DNA of 64,000 nt, taken from assembly GCA_048886685.1 (NCBI GenBank), contig JBHLKM010000003.1, positions 160,001-224,000 on the forward strand. Reading direction: 5' to 3'. A program made the position numbers and the translations under genes. Below are positions 41,169 to 50,995 of this stretch, in pieces (within the stretch, counting starts at the first letter, position 1; each line of letters starts with the position of its first letter). The notes below the pieces were generated by a model. The model saw only the letters and a program-made list of their open reading frames with translations. It made no database searches and was not told where the DNA came from. Source of the DNA: Candidatus Hodarchaeota archaeon (lineage in GTDB: Archaea; Asgardarchaeota; Lokiarchaeia; Sigyniarchaeales; SOKP01).

Positions 41169-41990
41169 CTAGTCTCTTATGAATTCAAATGTGCCATTGT
41201 ATTGAATTGTTTTTTGTTCAATAACTTCTAAAGCATCAGACAATATATTTTCAGCGTCTAAATAATCTTTTGTTATCACTTCTAATCGATAGAATGGTGC
41301 AGCTAAATAATTAATTTTAATATTACGAGTTTCCTTTGAGTCAATGACTTTTGTGGCTTCCAGTAATGATTCTTTAATTTGATCTATTCCATTTTCTGAA
41401 TTAAATGATAACTTAACCTTCCCTGATATACTTACTGTTGAAATTTCTACATTCTCATTTACTATTTTCAATAAAATTGTCTTAATATCATCGGAAACTC
41501 CTTCTAATTCACTTAAAATTTCTTCACCATTCTCTTTCAGATTTTCTATCGCCTCTTGGTATGTATCAAAATAATCTAAGACAGGAAATCCTATTAATTC
41601 ATAAGCTTCATCAAGAGTCATGTTAACTCCTTCAGCTTCTGTAAGGAATTGCAATAGGTTTTCAAATTTTACAGCATATTTCCATTCTTTTAATCTTATC
41701 TCTCTTTGAGCTGAATTCACTCTTCGTAATGACAAATCGACATGACCTTTTTCTGGATCAACTCGCAACACACGTAATACTATCCTCTGACCAATTCGAA
41801 CATAATTTCTTATATTCTTAATCCATCTAGAGCTTATCTCCGATATATGTATCATCCCTCTTGCTGTATTTTCAGAAGATAAGCCTTCAAAATCAATCAG
41901 ATCCACGTATACATATTGATCTTGAACTACAGTAACTTTTGCAATAACAAACTCCCCTTCCTTTGGAAAATTTGTTCTACTCTTTACCAT
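41169..41990 (-). CDS. eif2a: Translation initiation factor aIF-2 alpha
   Basis: FPKEGEFVI, IHISEISSRWIKNIR, VLRVDPEKGHVDLSLRRV, APFYRL. Confidence 0.96.
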   Translation of the reverse strand: MVKSRTNFPKEGEFVIAKVTVVQDQYVYVDLIDFEGLSSENTARGMIHISEISSRWIKNIRNYVRIGQRIVLRVLRVDPEKGHVDLSLRRVNSAQREIRLKEWKYAVKFENLLQFLTEAEGVNMTLDEAYELIGFPVLDYFDTYQEAIENLKENGEEILSELEGVSDDIKTILLKIVNENVEISTVSISGKVKLSFNSENGIDQIKESLLEATKVIDSKETRNIKINYLAAPFYRLEVITKDYLDAENILSDALEVIEQKTIQYNGTFEFIRD

Positions 41991-42278
41991 AATACTAATT
42001 TACTTTTGTTTGTTCTCTTCCTTTTTTTTAATTATTACAATATTTAACGATCTATCGTTTTTTATTTTTATTATCTCATTCACTTAGAATTCATAACAAA
42101 TACTAAAAATTATTTTGAAATTAGATTATAAGATGAAAAAGACCATAAGTTTGGTAGAATATAGTAAAAAATATAAACTCAACAACATTTAAAAATAACA
42201 TCTAATAAAAATAAATTTAATTTGGAAATTTAAAATTTAAAGAAATAAATAATTATTAATAGAGGAAATTGATGAATT

Positions 42279-43580
42279 ATGCCAACTGATAAGCCTCATT
42301 TGAACTTAGTAATTATTGGGCATATAGATCACGGTAAGAGCACTATGATGGGTGCTTTACTCATCGAAACTGGTGCGGTAACAGATAGAGAAGCTCGTGA
42401 ATTAGAAAAACTTGCTAAAGAATATGATCGAGAATCTTGGTCTTATGCTTTCGTATTTGACAAGTTAAAAGAAGAACGACAGCGAGGAATCACAATTGAT
42501 TTAGCTTTCCGCAAATTCGAAACTCCGAATCGATATTTCACTATTATTGATGCACCAGGTCATGCAGACTTTGTCAAGAACATGATAACTGGCGCCAGTC
42601 AGGCCGATGCCGCAATCCTCGTCGTATCTGGGAAGAAAGGTGAAATGGAGGTTGGAATTGCTGCGAATGGGCAAACCCGTGAACATGCATATTTAGCACA
42701 AACCTTAGGTGTAAAGCAAATAGTTGTTGCGGTAAATAAAGCTGATATTTATGATTATAGTGAGGATCGTTTTAATGAAGTTAAAGAATCTGTTGGTGAT
42801 CTTCTAAAAAACATAGGTTTTCGAGTAAAAGATGTACCATTTGTACCTACTAGTGGTATGGCAATGGAGAACTTATCAAAAAAGAGTGATAAAATGCCAT
42901 GGTATGATGGTCCAACCTTAATTGATGCAATCGATAAATTCGTACTTCCTGAAAAGCCTACTGGTAAACCCTTAAGGATTCCAATACAGGATTCTTATAG
43001 GATTAAGGGAACTGGCGTTGTACCTGTAGGTCGAGTAGAAACAGGTATTCTGAAGAAGGGTGATAAAGTTGTAATTAATCCAACAGGTTTTCAGGGTGAA
43101 ATTCGAACGATTGAAATGCATCATGAGGAAATCCCCCAAGCTGAGCCAGGTGATAACATAGGTATGAGTATCCGTGGAATTACTATGCAGGATGCGAGTC
43201 GAGGAGATTGTATAGGACATCCTAGTGATCCTCCTACTGTAATCACTCCAAATGGAAAATGGACTGGACAAATCATAGTAATCTGGCATCCAACCGCTGT
43301 AGCGCAAGGTTATACTCCAGTAATTCATGCCCACACAGCCCAAGTTGCCGCAAGATTTGCAAGCTTGGTTAAAAAATTAGATCCGAAAACTGGTGCTGTA
43401 ATTGAGGATTCTCCTAAGTTCTTAAAAAGAAATGAAACCGCTATCGTTGAGTTATCTCCTATTAAGAAGATGTGTCTCGAAAAATATGAAGTAATTCCAG
43501 AAATGGGTCGATTTGCTGTAAGAGATATGGGACGCACCGTAGCGGTCGGAATAGTTAAGGATCTTGACACCGGAGCATAA
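42279..43580 (+). CDS. tuf: Elongation factor 1-alpha
   Basis: GHIDHGKST, ERQRGITID, DAPGHADFVKNMITG, PVGRVETG, GRFAVRDMG. Confidence 0.98.
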   Translation: MPTDKPHLNLVIIGHIDHGKSTMMGALLIETGAVTDREARELEKLAKEYDRESWSYAFVFDKLKEERQRGITIDLAFRKFETPNRYFTIIDAPGHADFVKNMITGASQADAAILVVSGKKGEMEVGIAANGQTREHAYLAQTLGVKQIVVAVNKADIYDYSEDRFNEVKESVGDLLKNIGFRVKDVPFVPTSGMAMENLSKKSDKMPWYDGPTLIDAIDKFVLPEKPTGKPLRIPIQDSYRIKGTGVVPVGRVETGILKKGDKVVINPTGFQGEIRTIEMHHEEIPQAEPGDNIGMSIRGITMQDASRGDCIGHPSDPPTVITPNGKWTGQIIVIWHPTAVAQGYTPVIHAHTAQVAARFASLVKKLDPKTGAVIEDSPKFLKRNETAIVELSPIKKMCLEKYEVIPEMGRFAVRDMGRTVAVGIVKDLDTGA

Positions 43581-43585
43581 AAAAC

Positions 43586-43611
43586 CTTTTTTTTTTGAAC
43601 TTTTTTATTTT
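43586..43611 (+). terminator. Oligo-T archaeal terminator after tuf
   Basis: Consecutive T tracts directly after the stop codon. Confidence 0.5.
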
Positions 43612-43784
43612 AAACTTATTTTAATTGAGACTTTTTTGAAATTTTTTTTAATTAACTTCTGAATTCAGTTTTGCTTTATCTTTATTATATATTAGAATAT
43701 TCCCATGATATAGGAATATTATTTTAATTTTTGAAGCTTAAATCACCTTTTCTTAGTAAGAAGATTCTAATAAGGGAAGGTTGA

Positions 43785-44267
43785 TTGGAAGTACTCTCGA
43801 CAAAAACGAAAATATGTTTTGTAGGGCAAAATGGAGTTGGAAAATCTTCATTGTTATCATTACTTCAAGGAAGGAAGATTTCAAAGAAAATAAACCCAAC
43901 TGTTGGGTTAGAAATACAAGATTCAGTATTAAATGGAAGTAAAGTCAATATTTGGGATTTTGGGGGTCAAGAACGTTTTAGATTCATGTGGCAAGATTTT
44001 TTGAAAGGTGCAGGATTAGCAGTTCTAGTATGCGATTCTACTGAAGATAATATCGAAAAGACACGAGAAATCTATAGTAAGTTTTCACGTTATATCGGTT
44101 CAAAAATAATTGCAATAGCAAATAAACAAGATCTTCCTGATGCCTTAAGTGCTGAACAAGTTGAAAAAAAATTAGGCATCCCCACTTATGGAATGTCTGC
44201 GATAAGAGTAGATCTACGTGGAAGAATTAGGCGCATTTTAGAATATGAACTTGATAATAACAAATGA
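43785..44267 (+). CDS. Small GTPase, Arf/Rab-like
   Basis: GQNGVGKS, PTVG, WDFGGQERFRFMWQDF, ANKQDLPDALS (Arf-like), MSA. Confidence 0.9.
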   Translation: MEVLSTKTKICFVGQNGVGKSSLLSLLQGRKISKKINPTVGLEIQDSVLNGSKVNIWDFGGQERFRFMWQDFLKGAGLAVLVCDSTEDNIEKTREIYSKFSRYIGSKIIAIANKQDLPDALSAEQVEKKLGIPTYGMSAIRVDLRGRIRRILEYELDNNK

Positions 44268-44275
44268 TTGAACAC

Positions 44276-44836
44276 TCAAAACAATTTTCCAATTAAGTGG
44301 GCAAGGCGAAGACACTCTGGTAATTTAGAATCAATACTGCTCTTTTGTATTAAGAATTCTAATTCAGAAAGCTCTATACCTTTTAAATGAAAATATATAT
44401 TTGAGAATCCGCCTGCAGTTTGGATTCTGGTTTTGTATAAATTTCCAGCATTTACTATACATTTGATTTTTTCCTTGTAATGTTCTGGAAATTTTTTAAT
44501 TAGAGCATTGATAACAGAATCGAGATTAACACTTTGATCATTAAATGCAATTATGGGTTTTTTCAGTTCATTGTAAATTCGTTCAAGGTTAATGATATTG
44601 AAACCTCCGAATGTAATTGTATGGGTCATTATATATTGGATGTGTTTCTCATTTTGTCGTACAAGTTCAATTAACTTCTCAGTTGCATTATTTCCATCAA
44701 TATCAATTTCTGTTCTAATTACATTTACCATCCTAATACCTTGACAGACAACTCCAATTAATTGAGTTGTTTTAACTCCAGATTTAAAATCGAAGGTTGA
44801 ATCATCTATTCCAATAATAATAGGATTTTCTTTCAT
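44276..44836 (-). CDS. DUF99 family endonuclease V-like protein
   Basis: IIGIDD, ITFGGFNII, KLPECLRLAHLI; start placed at MKENP. Confidence 0.82.
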   Translation of the reverse strand: MKENPIIIGIDDSTFDFKSGVKTTQLIGVVCQGIRMVNVIRTEIDIDGNNATEKLIELVRQNEKHIQYIMTHTITFGGFNIINLERIYNELKKPIIAFNDQSVNLDSVINALIKKFPEHYKEKIKCIVNAGNLYKTRIQTAGGFSNIYFHLKGIELSELEFLIQKSSIDSKLPECLRLAHLIGKLF

Positions 44837-44840
44837 AATG

Positions 44841-45293
44841 TTATTTCTTAGGCAAAAATTCTTTAATATAATTAAAAAATATAGTAAATGCTTCTGTAGC
44901 ACTCGCTATTTCTTCATTTCTAACATTTAAATCTCCACTTAAATTCTCTGATAGGTAGTTAATTATATCATCTATAGTAATTTTCTTACTGAGCCAGGCA
45001 TAGGCGACTAAGGCTTCAGCTGTATCAGCAAAATCATGCGCATCAGCACGGGTTTTTGCGAAATTTTTCATATTAGCATTTTTCAAAGCATTAGCCAAAA
45101 TTTTTTTACTAACTTTTACTCCAGTTCTCAAAATTTTGTTATTTGGGCTGTTTTTAGTCAAATATATTGATTTTGCCATGGAATAAGTAAGATTTACGAT
45201 TCCATCTCCTATTTTTGCTAACCCTTTATCTGTCCCTATCGCTTTTTGGGATTTATTTAGGTCTAGATCTTTAATTAAAAACTCATAATCCAT
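44841..45293 (-). CDS. Archaeal mini-RNase III-like protein
   Basis: DKGLAKIGDGIVNL, KILANAL, ADTAEALVAYAWL; usual neighbour of rpoL and DUF99. Confidence 0.75.
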   Translation of the reverse strand: MDYEFLIKDLDLNKSQKAIGTDKGLAKIGDGIVNLTYSMAKSIYLTKNSPNNKILRTGVKVSKKILANALKNANMKNFAKTRADAHDFADTAEALVAYAWLSKKITIDDIINYLSENLSGDLNVRNEEIASATEAFTIFFNYIKEFLPKK

Positions 45294-45351
45294 TAATTTA
45301 AGTTGAATTATGGCATCTTATAAAGTTTTCATAAAAAGATTATAAAAGTAG

Positions 45352-45852
45352 TTAAGTAAGTTTTTGAAAGAGTTTTTGAACCTCAATTACTTCCTCCCTA
45401 AGAGATTCAATTGCTTCATATAAGATATCTTTGATTTTATACTTTTTATCGGGATCAAGGCGGATAAATATTTGGGCTGGTACTATACCTGTTACTTTAT
45501 ATGCTGCCGCATTAACACCCTCAATATTTAATAGATGCTTGACCAGAATATTACAGAAACCATGGGATTGACCTTCAACAACAAGTTCATAATCATTCTC
45601 ACCGACTATTTTAGTTAAATTTAATTTGAGGTGCTTATAATCAGGAAATCTAGCTTCTTCTTCTATTTCAAATTCTTCCTCTGGAAGTACATCAATATCA
45701 TCATCATCTACTGAAGAAGAAACAACCTCCTTTTCTTTTTTATCATTAACTTCAGGATATTCACCTATATCATCATCGAGTAGATCATCTTCTAGGTCAT
45801 CTAAATCTTCTTCATCTTCATCTTCTGGTTTCACAGCTTTTTTCTTAGCCAT
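45352..45852 (-). CDS. rpo11: RNA polymerase subunit Rpo11 (RpoL) with acidic N-terminal extension
   Basis: ELVVEGQSHGFCNILVKHLL..GVNAAAYKV; csl4-rpoL synteny. Confidence 0.82.
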   Translation of the reverse strand: MAKKKAVKPEDEDEEDLDDLEDDLLDDDIGEYPEVNDKKEKEVVSSSVDDDDIDVLPEEEFEIEEEARFPDYKHLKLNLTKIVGENDYELVVEGQSHGFCNILVKHLLNIEGVNAAAYKVTGIVPAQIFIRLDPDKKYKIKDILYEAIESLREEVIEVQKLFQKLT

Positions 45853-45940
45853 CGTAAAAACTCCAAATAATTAAGAATTGATAATAAGAAATATTTAAAC
45901 TAAAATAAAATTTTTATGGTTTTGTAGAAAAAGTCAAATT

Positions 45941-46159
45941 TTATAGATATTGATTGGCTAGGTCTTTTAATCTTTCAGTTGCAAGATTTTGAAGATCTCG
46001 TGAACCAAATAAAGTAATCTTTATGCTTTTTCCCTCAACACTTGCATTTAAATTGAGATAGTTTATCTTTTTTTGCACATTTTCAAGGAATTTAATTATA
46101 TTATCTAAAGAACCACTATTATTGTGGAAATGAATGACTTTTTTACCTTCTTTTTTCAA
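45941..46159 (-). CDS. Small hypothetical protein between csl4 and rpo11 (possibly related to the DUF2067 N-terminus)
   Basis: Position in the csl4-X-rpoL cluster; IKITLFGSR. Confidence 0.45.
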   Translation of the reverse strand: MKKEGKKVIHFHNNSGSLDNIIKFLENVQKKINYLNLNASVEGKSIKITLFGSRDLQNLATERLKDLANQYL

Positions 46160-46215
46160 ATCTAAACACTTTATAATGGTTGTTATAAAAAAATATTGAG
46201 TTAATTTAAAAAAAG

Positions 46216-46827
46216 TTAAAATCTTAAAGGTTCAGATACATTCCTATAGTCATTTGCCAGTTTTCTTGTCTCAGTATTACCACATCTTTCACACCTTAAC
46301 TTATTATAACCAATTTTATCCAGCGGAGTTCCACAAATAACACAATCTGCATAAATTACTCCAAAGTCCTTCCCGCTAGTACTTAAGTTATATTCATTAT
46401 AATTTAAGCTTATTACTCGAGCTCTTACAATATCAGTAATTTGAAAAGCATCTTGTATTTTTTCGATATATCTATCCGAGATTTGAGATACATGGATATT
46501 ACCAAAATAACCTGAATTAAAATGAATTTTATTATTAATAGTATAAAAGTTTATGCCAACTGAATACTGTCGTAAAAATAAAATAGGGCCAATGACGATG
46601 TCTCCTATTTTTACGATTTTTCGGTCTTTTTCTTGATGAGTTTTTATTTCAATTTTTCTTTTTTCGTTGTCCATATCAATAATTCCTGATTTAGTTGCAT
46701 ATATTTGTCCATCTTTAACAAAGGTTGATTGTTTATCAGGTAGAAATTCCTCAACTACTCCAAGATATTGACCTGTTAACACGATATCGTCATTATTTAA
46801 AGATTTTTTATCCAATAATATCAACAA
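46216..46827 (-). CDS. csl4: Exosome RNA-binding protein Csl4
   Basis: GQYLGVVEEFLP, IHVSQI, DIVRARVI, CVICG...CERCGNTETRKLA. Confidence 0.92.
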   Translation of the reverse strand: MLILLDKKSLNNDDIVLTGQYLGVVEEFLPDKQSTFVKDGQIYATKSGIIDMDNEKRKIEIKTHQEKDRKIVKIGDIVIGPILFLRQYSVGINFYTINNKIHFNSGYFGNIHVSQISDRYIEKIQDAFQITDIVRARVISLNYNEYNLSTSGKDFGVIYADCVICGTPLDKIGYNKLRCERCGNTETRKLANDYRNVSEPLRF

Positions 46828-46929
46828 TAATCTTATAATTTCCCAATTTCTTTCTATTTTAAGTAAATAGTATTAAATAAAATAAATAAATTTAATGTAT
46901 TAATTATAAAAGAGTAAACATTTTTACGG

Positions 46930-47580
46930 ATGAAAATCAACAAAAAAGAATTAATCTCTATCATCCAAAACACTGAACCATTTATTAAACCTAAAATTGA
47001 ATTAGAACAATATTGTATTGATGCCATTAGTGCTGTTGATATAATAATGTTTGCCGGTTTTGAATATAATGATATTGATAATAAATTTATTGTTGATCTA
47101 GGCTCAGGAACAGGAAGATTATCTATAGCAAGTACTTACTTAAATGCTAAATCAGTTTTAAGTGTTGATATAGATATTAGCGCTTTAAATATTTTAAAAA
47201 AGAACATTCATGCCCTGGGATTAAAAAATATCGTATTTCCTTTATGTGCAAATGTAAAAAATCTTGAATTTTCAAATAAGTACCTCTTCAACAATATAAA
47301 AATTACAACAATAATGAATCCTCCTTTTGGTGTTAAAAAAAGAACTGCTGATCGCATTTTTTTAGAAAAGGCATTCTCCTTTTCAGATGTTGTTTATTCT
47401 ATTCATCTAGCTGGAGAAAAGGTTTTTAGGTTTATCTCAAAATTTTGTGAGAGATTTGATTGGCATATTGATAATTTCTTTCCTTATAATATGAGTCTAG
47501 AAAGAACCTTCCAATTTCACACGAAAAAAACTAAGGTTATTGATGTAAATGTATTTAGATTTGTAAAAAATGGAATATAA
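46930..47580 (+). CDS. METTL5-family methyltransferase
   Basis: PKIELEQY, VDLGSGTGRL, MNPPFG, VYSIH, FHTK. Confidence 0.9.
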   Translation: MKINKKELISIIQNTEPFIKPKIELEQYCIDAISAVDIIMFAGFEYNDIDNKFIVDLGSGTGRLSIASTYLNAKSVLSVDIDISALNILKKNIHALGLKNIVFPLCANVKNLEFSNKYLFNNIKITTIMNPPFGVKKRTADRIFLEKAFSFSDVVYSIHLAGEKVFRFISKFCERFDWHIDNFFPYNMSLERTFQFHTKKTKVIDVNVFRFVKNGI

Positions 47581-47604
47581 ATTAATTATGTGTTGAGTAA
47601 ATGC

Positions 47605-48909
47605 TTATTGAAATTTTTTCCATGAATCTAAATATTCTGGATACATTGCTTTATTTCCTAGCATCTCTTCAATTCTAAGAAGTTGATTAAATTTTGCACA
47701 ACGGTCACTTCGGCACGTGGCTCCTGTTTTAAGCTGACCTGTACAAAGTCCAACTGCTAAGTCCGCAATGAATGGATCCTCAGTTTCTCCCGAACGGTGC
47801 GATACCATAACATTAAATCCATTATTGAAGGACATCTTACATGCATTTATTGCTTCTGTAAGAGAACCAATTTGGTTGACTTTTAATAGTAAAGTGTTTC
47901 CCGCTTTTTCATTTATAGCTTTTTCCAAAATTTTTATATTAGTTACCGTTAAATCATCATCAACAACTTGCATAGTCTTATCAATTTTAGCAGTTAGTTT
48001 AGCAAAGCTCTTAAAATCTTTTTCATTAAAAGGGTCCTCAATCGATTTAAATGGATACTCCTGAACTAGATCGAGATAATATTGTAATAACTCTTCTTCA
48101 CTTAATTTTTTTCCATCAATGTTATAAATCCCATCTTCATAAAATTCACTAGCTGCTGCATCCATTCCTAAAACAAAATCAGTACCCATTAAAAAACCTG
48201 CTTCTTCAATAGCTTCAATTATAATATCAACTGCTTCGGATGTTAAAGAAAGGTTTGGGGCGAACCCTCCCTCATCTCCAACATTAATTGCCGATGGCCC
48301 ATATTTTTTAGCTAATAAGATTTTTAACGTCTGGTATACTTCAGCTACATTCTGAATAGCTTCTGAGAATGATTTAGCACCTATAGGAAGGACCATAAAT
48401 TCTTGAATTGATAAATTATTTCCCGCATGTTCTCCTCCATTGATAATATTGCAGGATGGCAATGGTAAGAGATAATCTTGTCTTGTCTTATTAAATGCTA
48501 AATTATGAATATGAGCATATAATGGTATATCGGATAAATCTGCAGCTAATTTAGCAACTGCTAATGAAACAGATAAAATAGCGTTAGCTCCTAAATTACT
48601 CTTATTTTCAGTTCCATCAATATTTATCATCTCTTCATCGATTTTTGATTGTTCTCGCACATCAAAACCTAACAATTTTTTACTTAGGATCTCATTAACA
48701 TTTGCTACTGCTTTTGTGACATGTTTACCCTTAAAAGCTTTTCCACCGTCCCGCAATTCAAGTGCTTCTAAAACGCCAGTAGATGCACCAGAAGGAACAG
48801 CCGCTCTCGCGTACTTTCTTCTAGCATAGACCTCTGATTCTACAGTGGGATTTCCACGTGAATCTAAAATCCATCTTGACTTTATATTTGTAATTTTGAA
48901 TTCAGTCAT
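47605..48909 (-). CDS. eno: Enolase
   Basis: [42 protein letters not shown]. Confidence 0.98.
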   Translation of the reverse strand: MTEFKITNIKSRWILDSRGNPTVESEVYARRKYARAAVPSGASTGVLEALELRDGGKAFKGKHVTKAVANVNEILSKKLLGFDVREQSKIDEEMINIDGTENKSNLGANAILSVSLAVAKLAADLSDIPLYAHIHNLAFNKTRQDYLLPLPSCNIINGGEHAGNNLSIQEFMVLPIGAKSFSEAIQNVAEVYQTLKILLAKKYGPSAINVGDEGGFAPNLSLTSEAVDIIIEAIEEAGFLMGTDFVLGMDAAASEFYEDGIYNIDGKKLSEEELLQYYLDLVQEYPFKSIEDPFNEKDFKSFAKLTAKIDKTMQVVDDDLTVTNIKILEKAINEKAGNTLLLKVNQIGSLTEAINACKMSFNNGFNVMVSHRSGETEDPFIADLAVGLCTGQLKTGATCRSDRCAKFNQLLRIEEMLGNKAMYPEYLDSWKKFQ

Positions 48910-49013
48910 AAATATCCTATATATTTTTTTTCTAGATATGAATATTAATAAGGAATTAAGAAAATTTAATTCTTAATATAATCTAATATAAATTAAATTT
49001 ATCTATAAAAAAA

Positions 49014-49985
49014 ATGACTCTTGAGAATAGGCCTTTCGTAGAAAAATATCGTCCTAGATTTTTGGATGAAGTGGTAAATCAAAAAGGAATCATTAAACGG
49101 TTGAAACAATTTGTTAAAGATAAATCCATGCCTCATCTTATTTTTGCTGGTCCAGCTGGTACGGGTAAAACCACTTCTGCGTTGGCAATGGTTCGAGAAT
49201 TATATGGGCGAAAGATGGCAGTGAATAGAACCTATTTAGAATTGAATGCCAGTGACGCGAGAGGTATCGATGTCATAAGAACATTTATTAAGGATTTTGC
49301 TAAAGCACGACCATCAATAGATATTCCCTTTAAAATATTGATATTAGACGAAGCAGACAACATGACATCCCCTGCTCAACAAGCTTTAAGGAGAACAATG
49401 GAAAAATATACAAAAAATTGTCGGATGATTTTAATCTGTAATTATTCAAATAAAATCATTCCACCTATTCAATCAAGATGCGTTGTGTTTCGATTTTCAT
49501 CCTTAAGTAATAAAGATATCAAGAAAAGAGTGAATTATGTTGCAAACCAAGAAAAGATTATTTTAACTCCTGGAGGCTTAAATGCATTAGTAGATGTTTC
49601 TAGAGGAGATTGTAGACGAGCTATAAATTACCTACAATCCTGTGGCACAATCTCTAAGAAAATTGATAACGATATTGTCTTTAGAGTTGCTGGAGAAGTT
49701 CCTCCTGAAAAGATAAAAGATATTTTAAAAGCTGCTTTAGAAAGCCAATTACAATTATCAATCAATTTACTTAACGATTTAATTAATGATTACGGGCTCT
49801 CAGGACAAAATATTATTAAAAATATTTATAGAGAAATATACGACTTGAATGTTTCTGAAGATATGAAAATTGAACTAACCAAACTTTTGGCTGAATTTGA
49901 ATATCGTCTTAGCCAAGGTGGAACAGAAGAAATACAGCTACAGGCGTTATTAGCCAAAATTGTGATGTTGCAAGAGGTTGAATAA
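49014..49985 (+). CDS. rfcS: Replication factor C small subunit (no intein)
   Basis: EKYRP, GPAGTGKTT, ELNASDARGID, LDEAD, QSRC. Confidence 0.97.
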   Translation: MTLENRPFVEKYRPRFLDEVVNQKGIIKRLKQFVKDKSMPHLIFAGPAGTGKTTSALAMVRELYGRKMAVNRTYLELNASDARGIDVIRTFIKDFAKARPSIDIPFKILILDEADNMTSPAQQALRRTMEKYTKNCRMILICNYSNKIIPPIQSRCVVFRFSSLSNKDIKKRVNYVANQEKIILTPGGLNALVDVSRGDCRRAINYLQSCGTISKKIDNDIVFRVAGEVPPEKIKDILKAALESQLQLSINLLNDLINDYGLSGQNIIKNIYREIYDLNVSEDMKIELTKLLAEFEYRLSQGGTEEIQLQALLAKIVMLQEVE

Positions 49986-50840
49986 TTGATGTTTGAAATT
50001 AAAATAAAACTTCCTTTTCAAGAAAAAACTTTCCATTCTTTCCTTAGATTTAAAATCCTCTATTAAATTAACTTTTTCATCATAAACAACGTCCCATAAT
50101 ATTAATCCCCTTGGATCAGCAGGTTGATATGAAATATTCTGCGAGGAATCAAATAATTGAATGAAATCATCTAACAAGATTTCACCCATACCTAACTCTA
50201 TGACTTTCTTTACCATACGACGAACTTGTTGTCTTAAGAATGCTTTACTTTTAAATTGAAAAATAATAAAATCAGCTTCAATTGATAAATTTACTGAGTT
50301 CATATCTCGTTCAGTATTTACTTCACTCTTATCCCTTTTCGAGAAATTGACAAAATCATGTCGTCCTTCTAAGAATCGACAAGCATTATGCATGGCTTCT
50401 ATATTTAAAGAGTTATTTTTTTGAAGATACGATAGAGGTGTAGGAACAAGATATATATAATGGCGTAATATCGCATTATACCGAGAAGAGAAATTTAGAG
50501 GTACTTTTGTATAAGCCCAAATCCCTATCTCATTGGGTAAGGCTGAATTAATTTCCATTAACACTGGCTTTTTCTCCAATATACAAGTAAAACATGCACC
50601 TCGTGCAGATACAAATCTATCTGTTCTGCTCGCCGCTTCAAATCCTGAGAGTCTAATGTTTTGAATATATTTTTTTTTCACCAATGCTCTTAAAATACAT
50701 TCTTCAATAGATAAAAAATTAGATTGTCTTTGAGATCCAAAAAATTTGGATTTTCCTATATAATACATTTTCAAAAGATATTTACTTTTTTCCATCATTA
50801 ATAGAACAACTTTATTTAACGTATTAATTAAAGAAGCCAA
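49950..50840 (-). CDS. truA: tRNA pseudouridine(38-40) synthase TruA
   Basis: FFGSQRQ, ASRTDRFVSA, GRHDFVNFS, FLRQQVRRMV; true start probably at MMEKSKY. Confidence 0.92.
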   Translation of the reverse strand: MASLINTLNKVVLLMMEKSKYLLKMYYIGKSKFFGSQRQSNFLSIEECILRALVKKKYIQNIRLSGFEAASRTDRFVSARGACFTCILEKKPVLMEINSALPNEIGIWAYTKVPLNFSSRYNAILRHYIYLVPTPLSYLQKNNSLNIEAMHNACRFLEGRHDFVNFSKRDKSEVNTERDMNSVNLSIEADFIIFQFKSKAFLRQQVRRMVKKVIELGMGEILLDDFIQLFDSSQNISYQPADPRGLILWDVVYDEKVNLIEDFKSKERMESFFLKRKFYFNFKHQLFNLLQHHNFG

Positions 50841-50995
50841 AAATCCAAAATATTTTTATTTTTTTTCTACAATTTTGCATTTTACAATGTGTTAGATTAA
50901 AGAAAAACATTTTAATCTGAAGCATATTTTTTATATTCAAAATTTAATTATGGTTTATAAATTACCAATTTTATTAAAATTTTAAATGAAATGTT

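Noticed and set aside
42501-43570. Antisense ORFs inside tuf, and similar short ORFs overlapping ksgA, rpo1N, nusA, eno, aglB and the ABC binding protein
   Set aside because: They fully overlap well-supported genes and show no motifs; shadow ORFs
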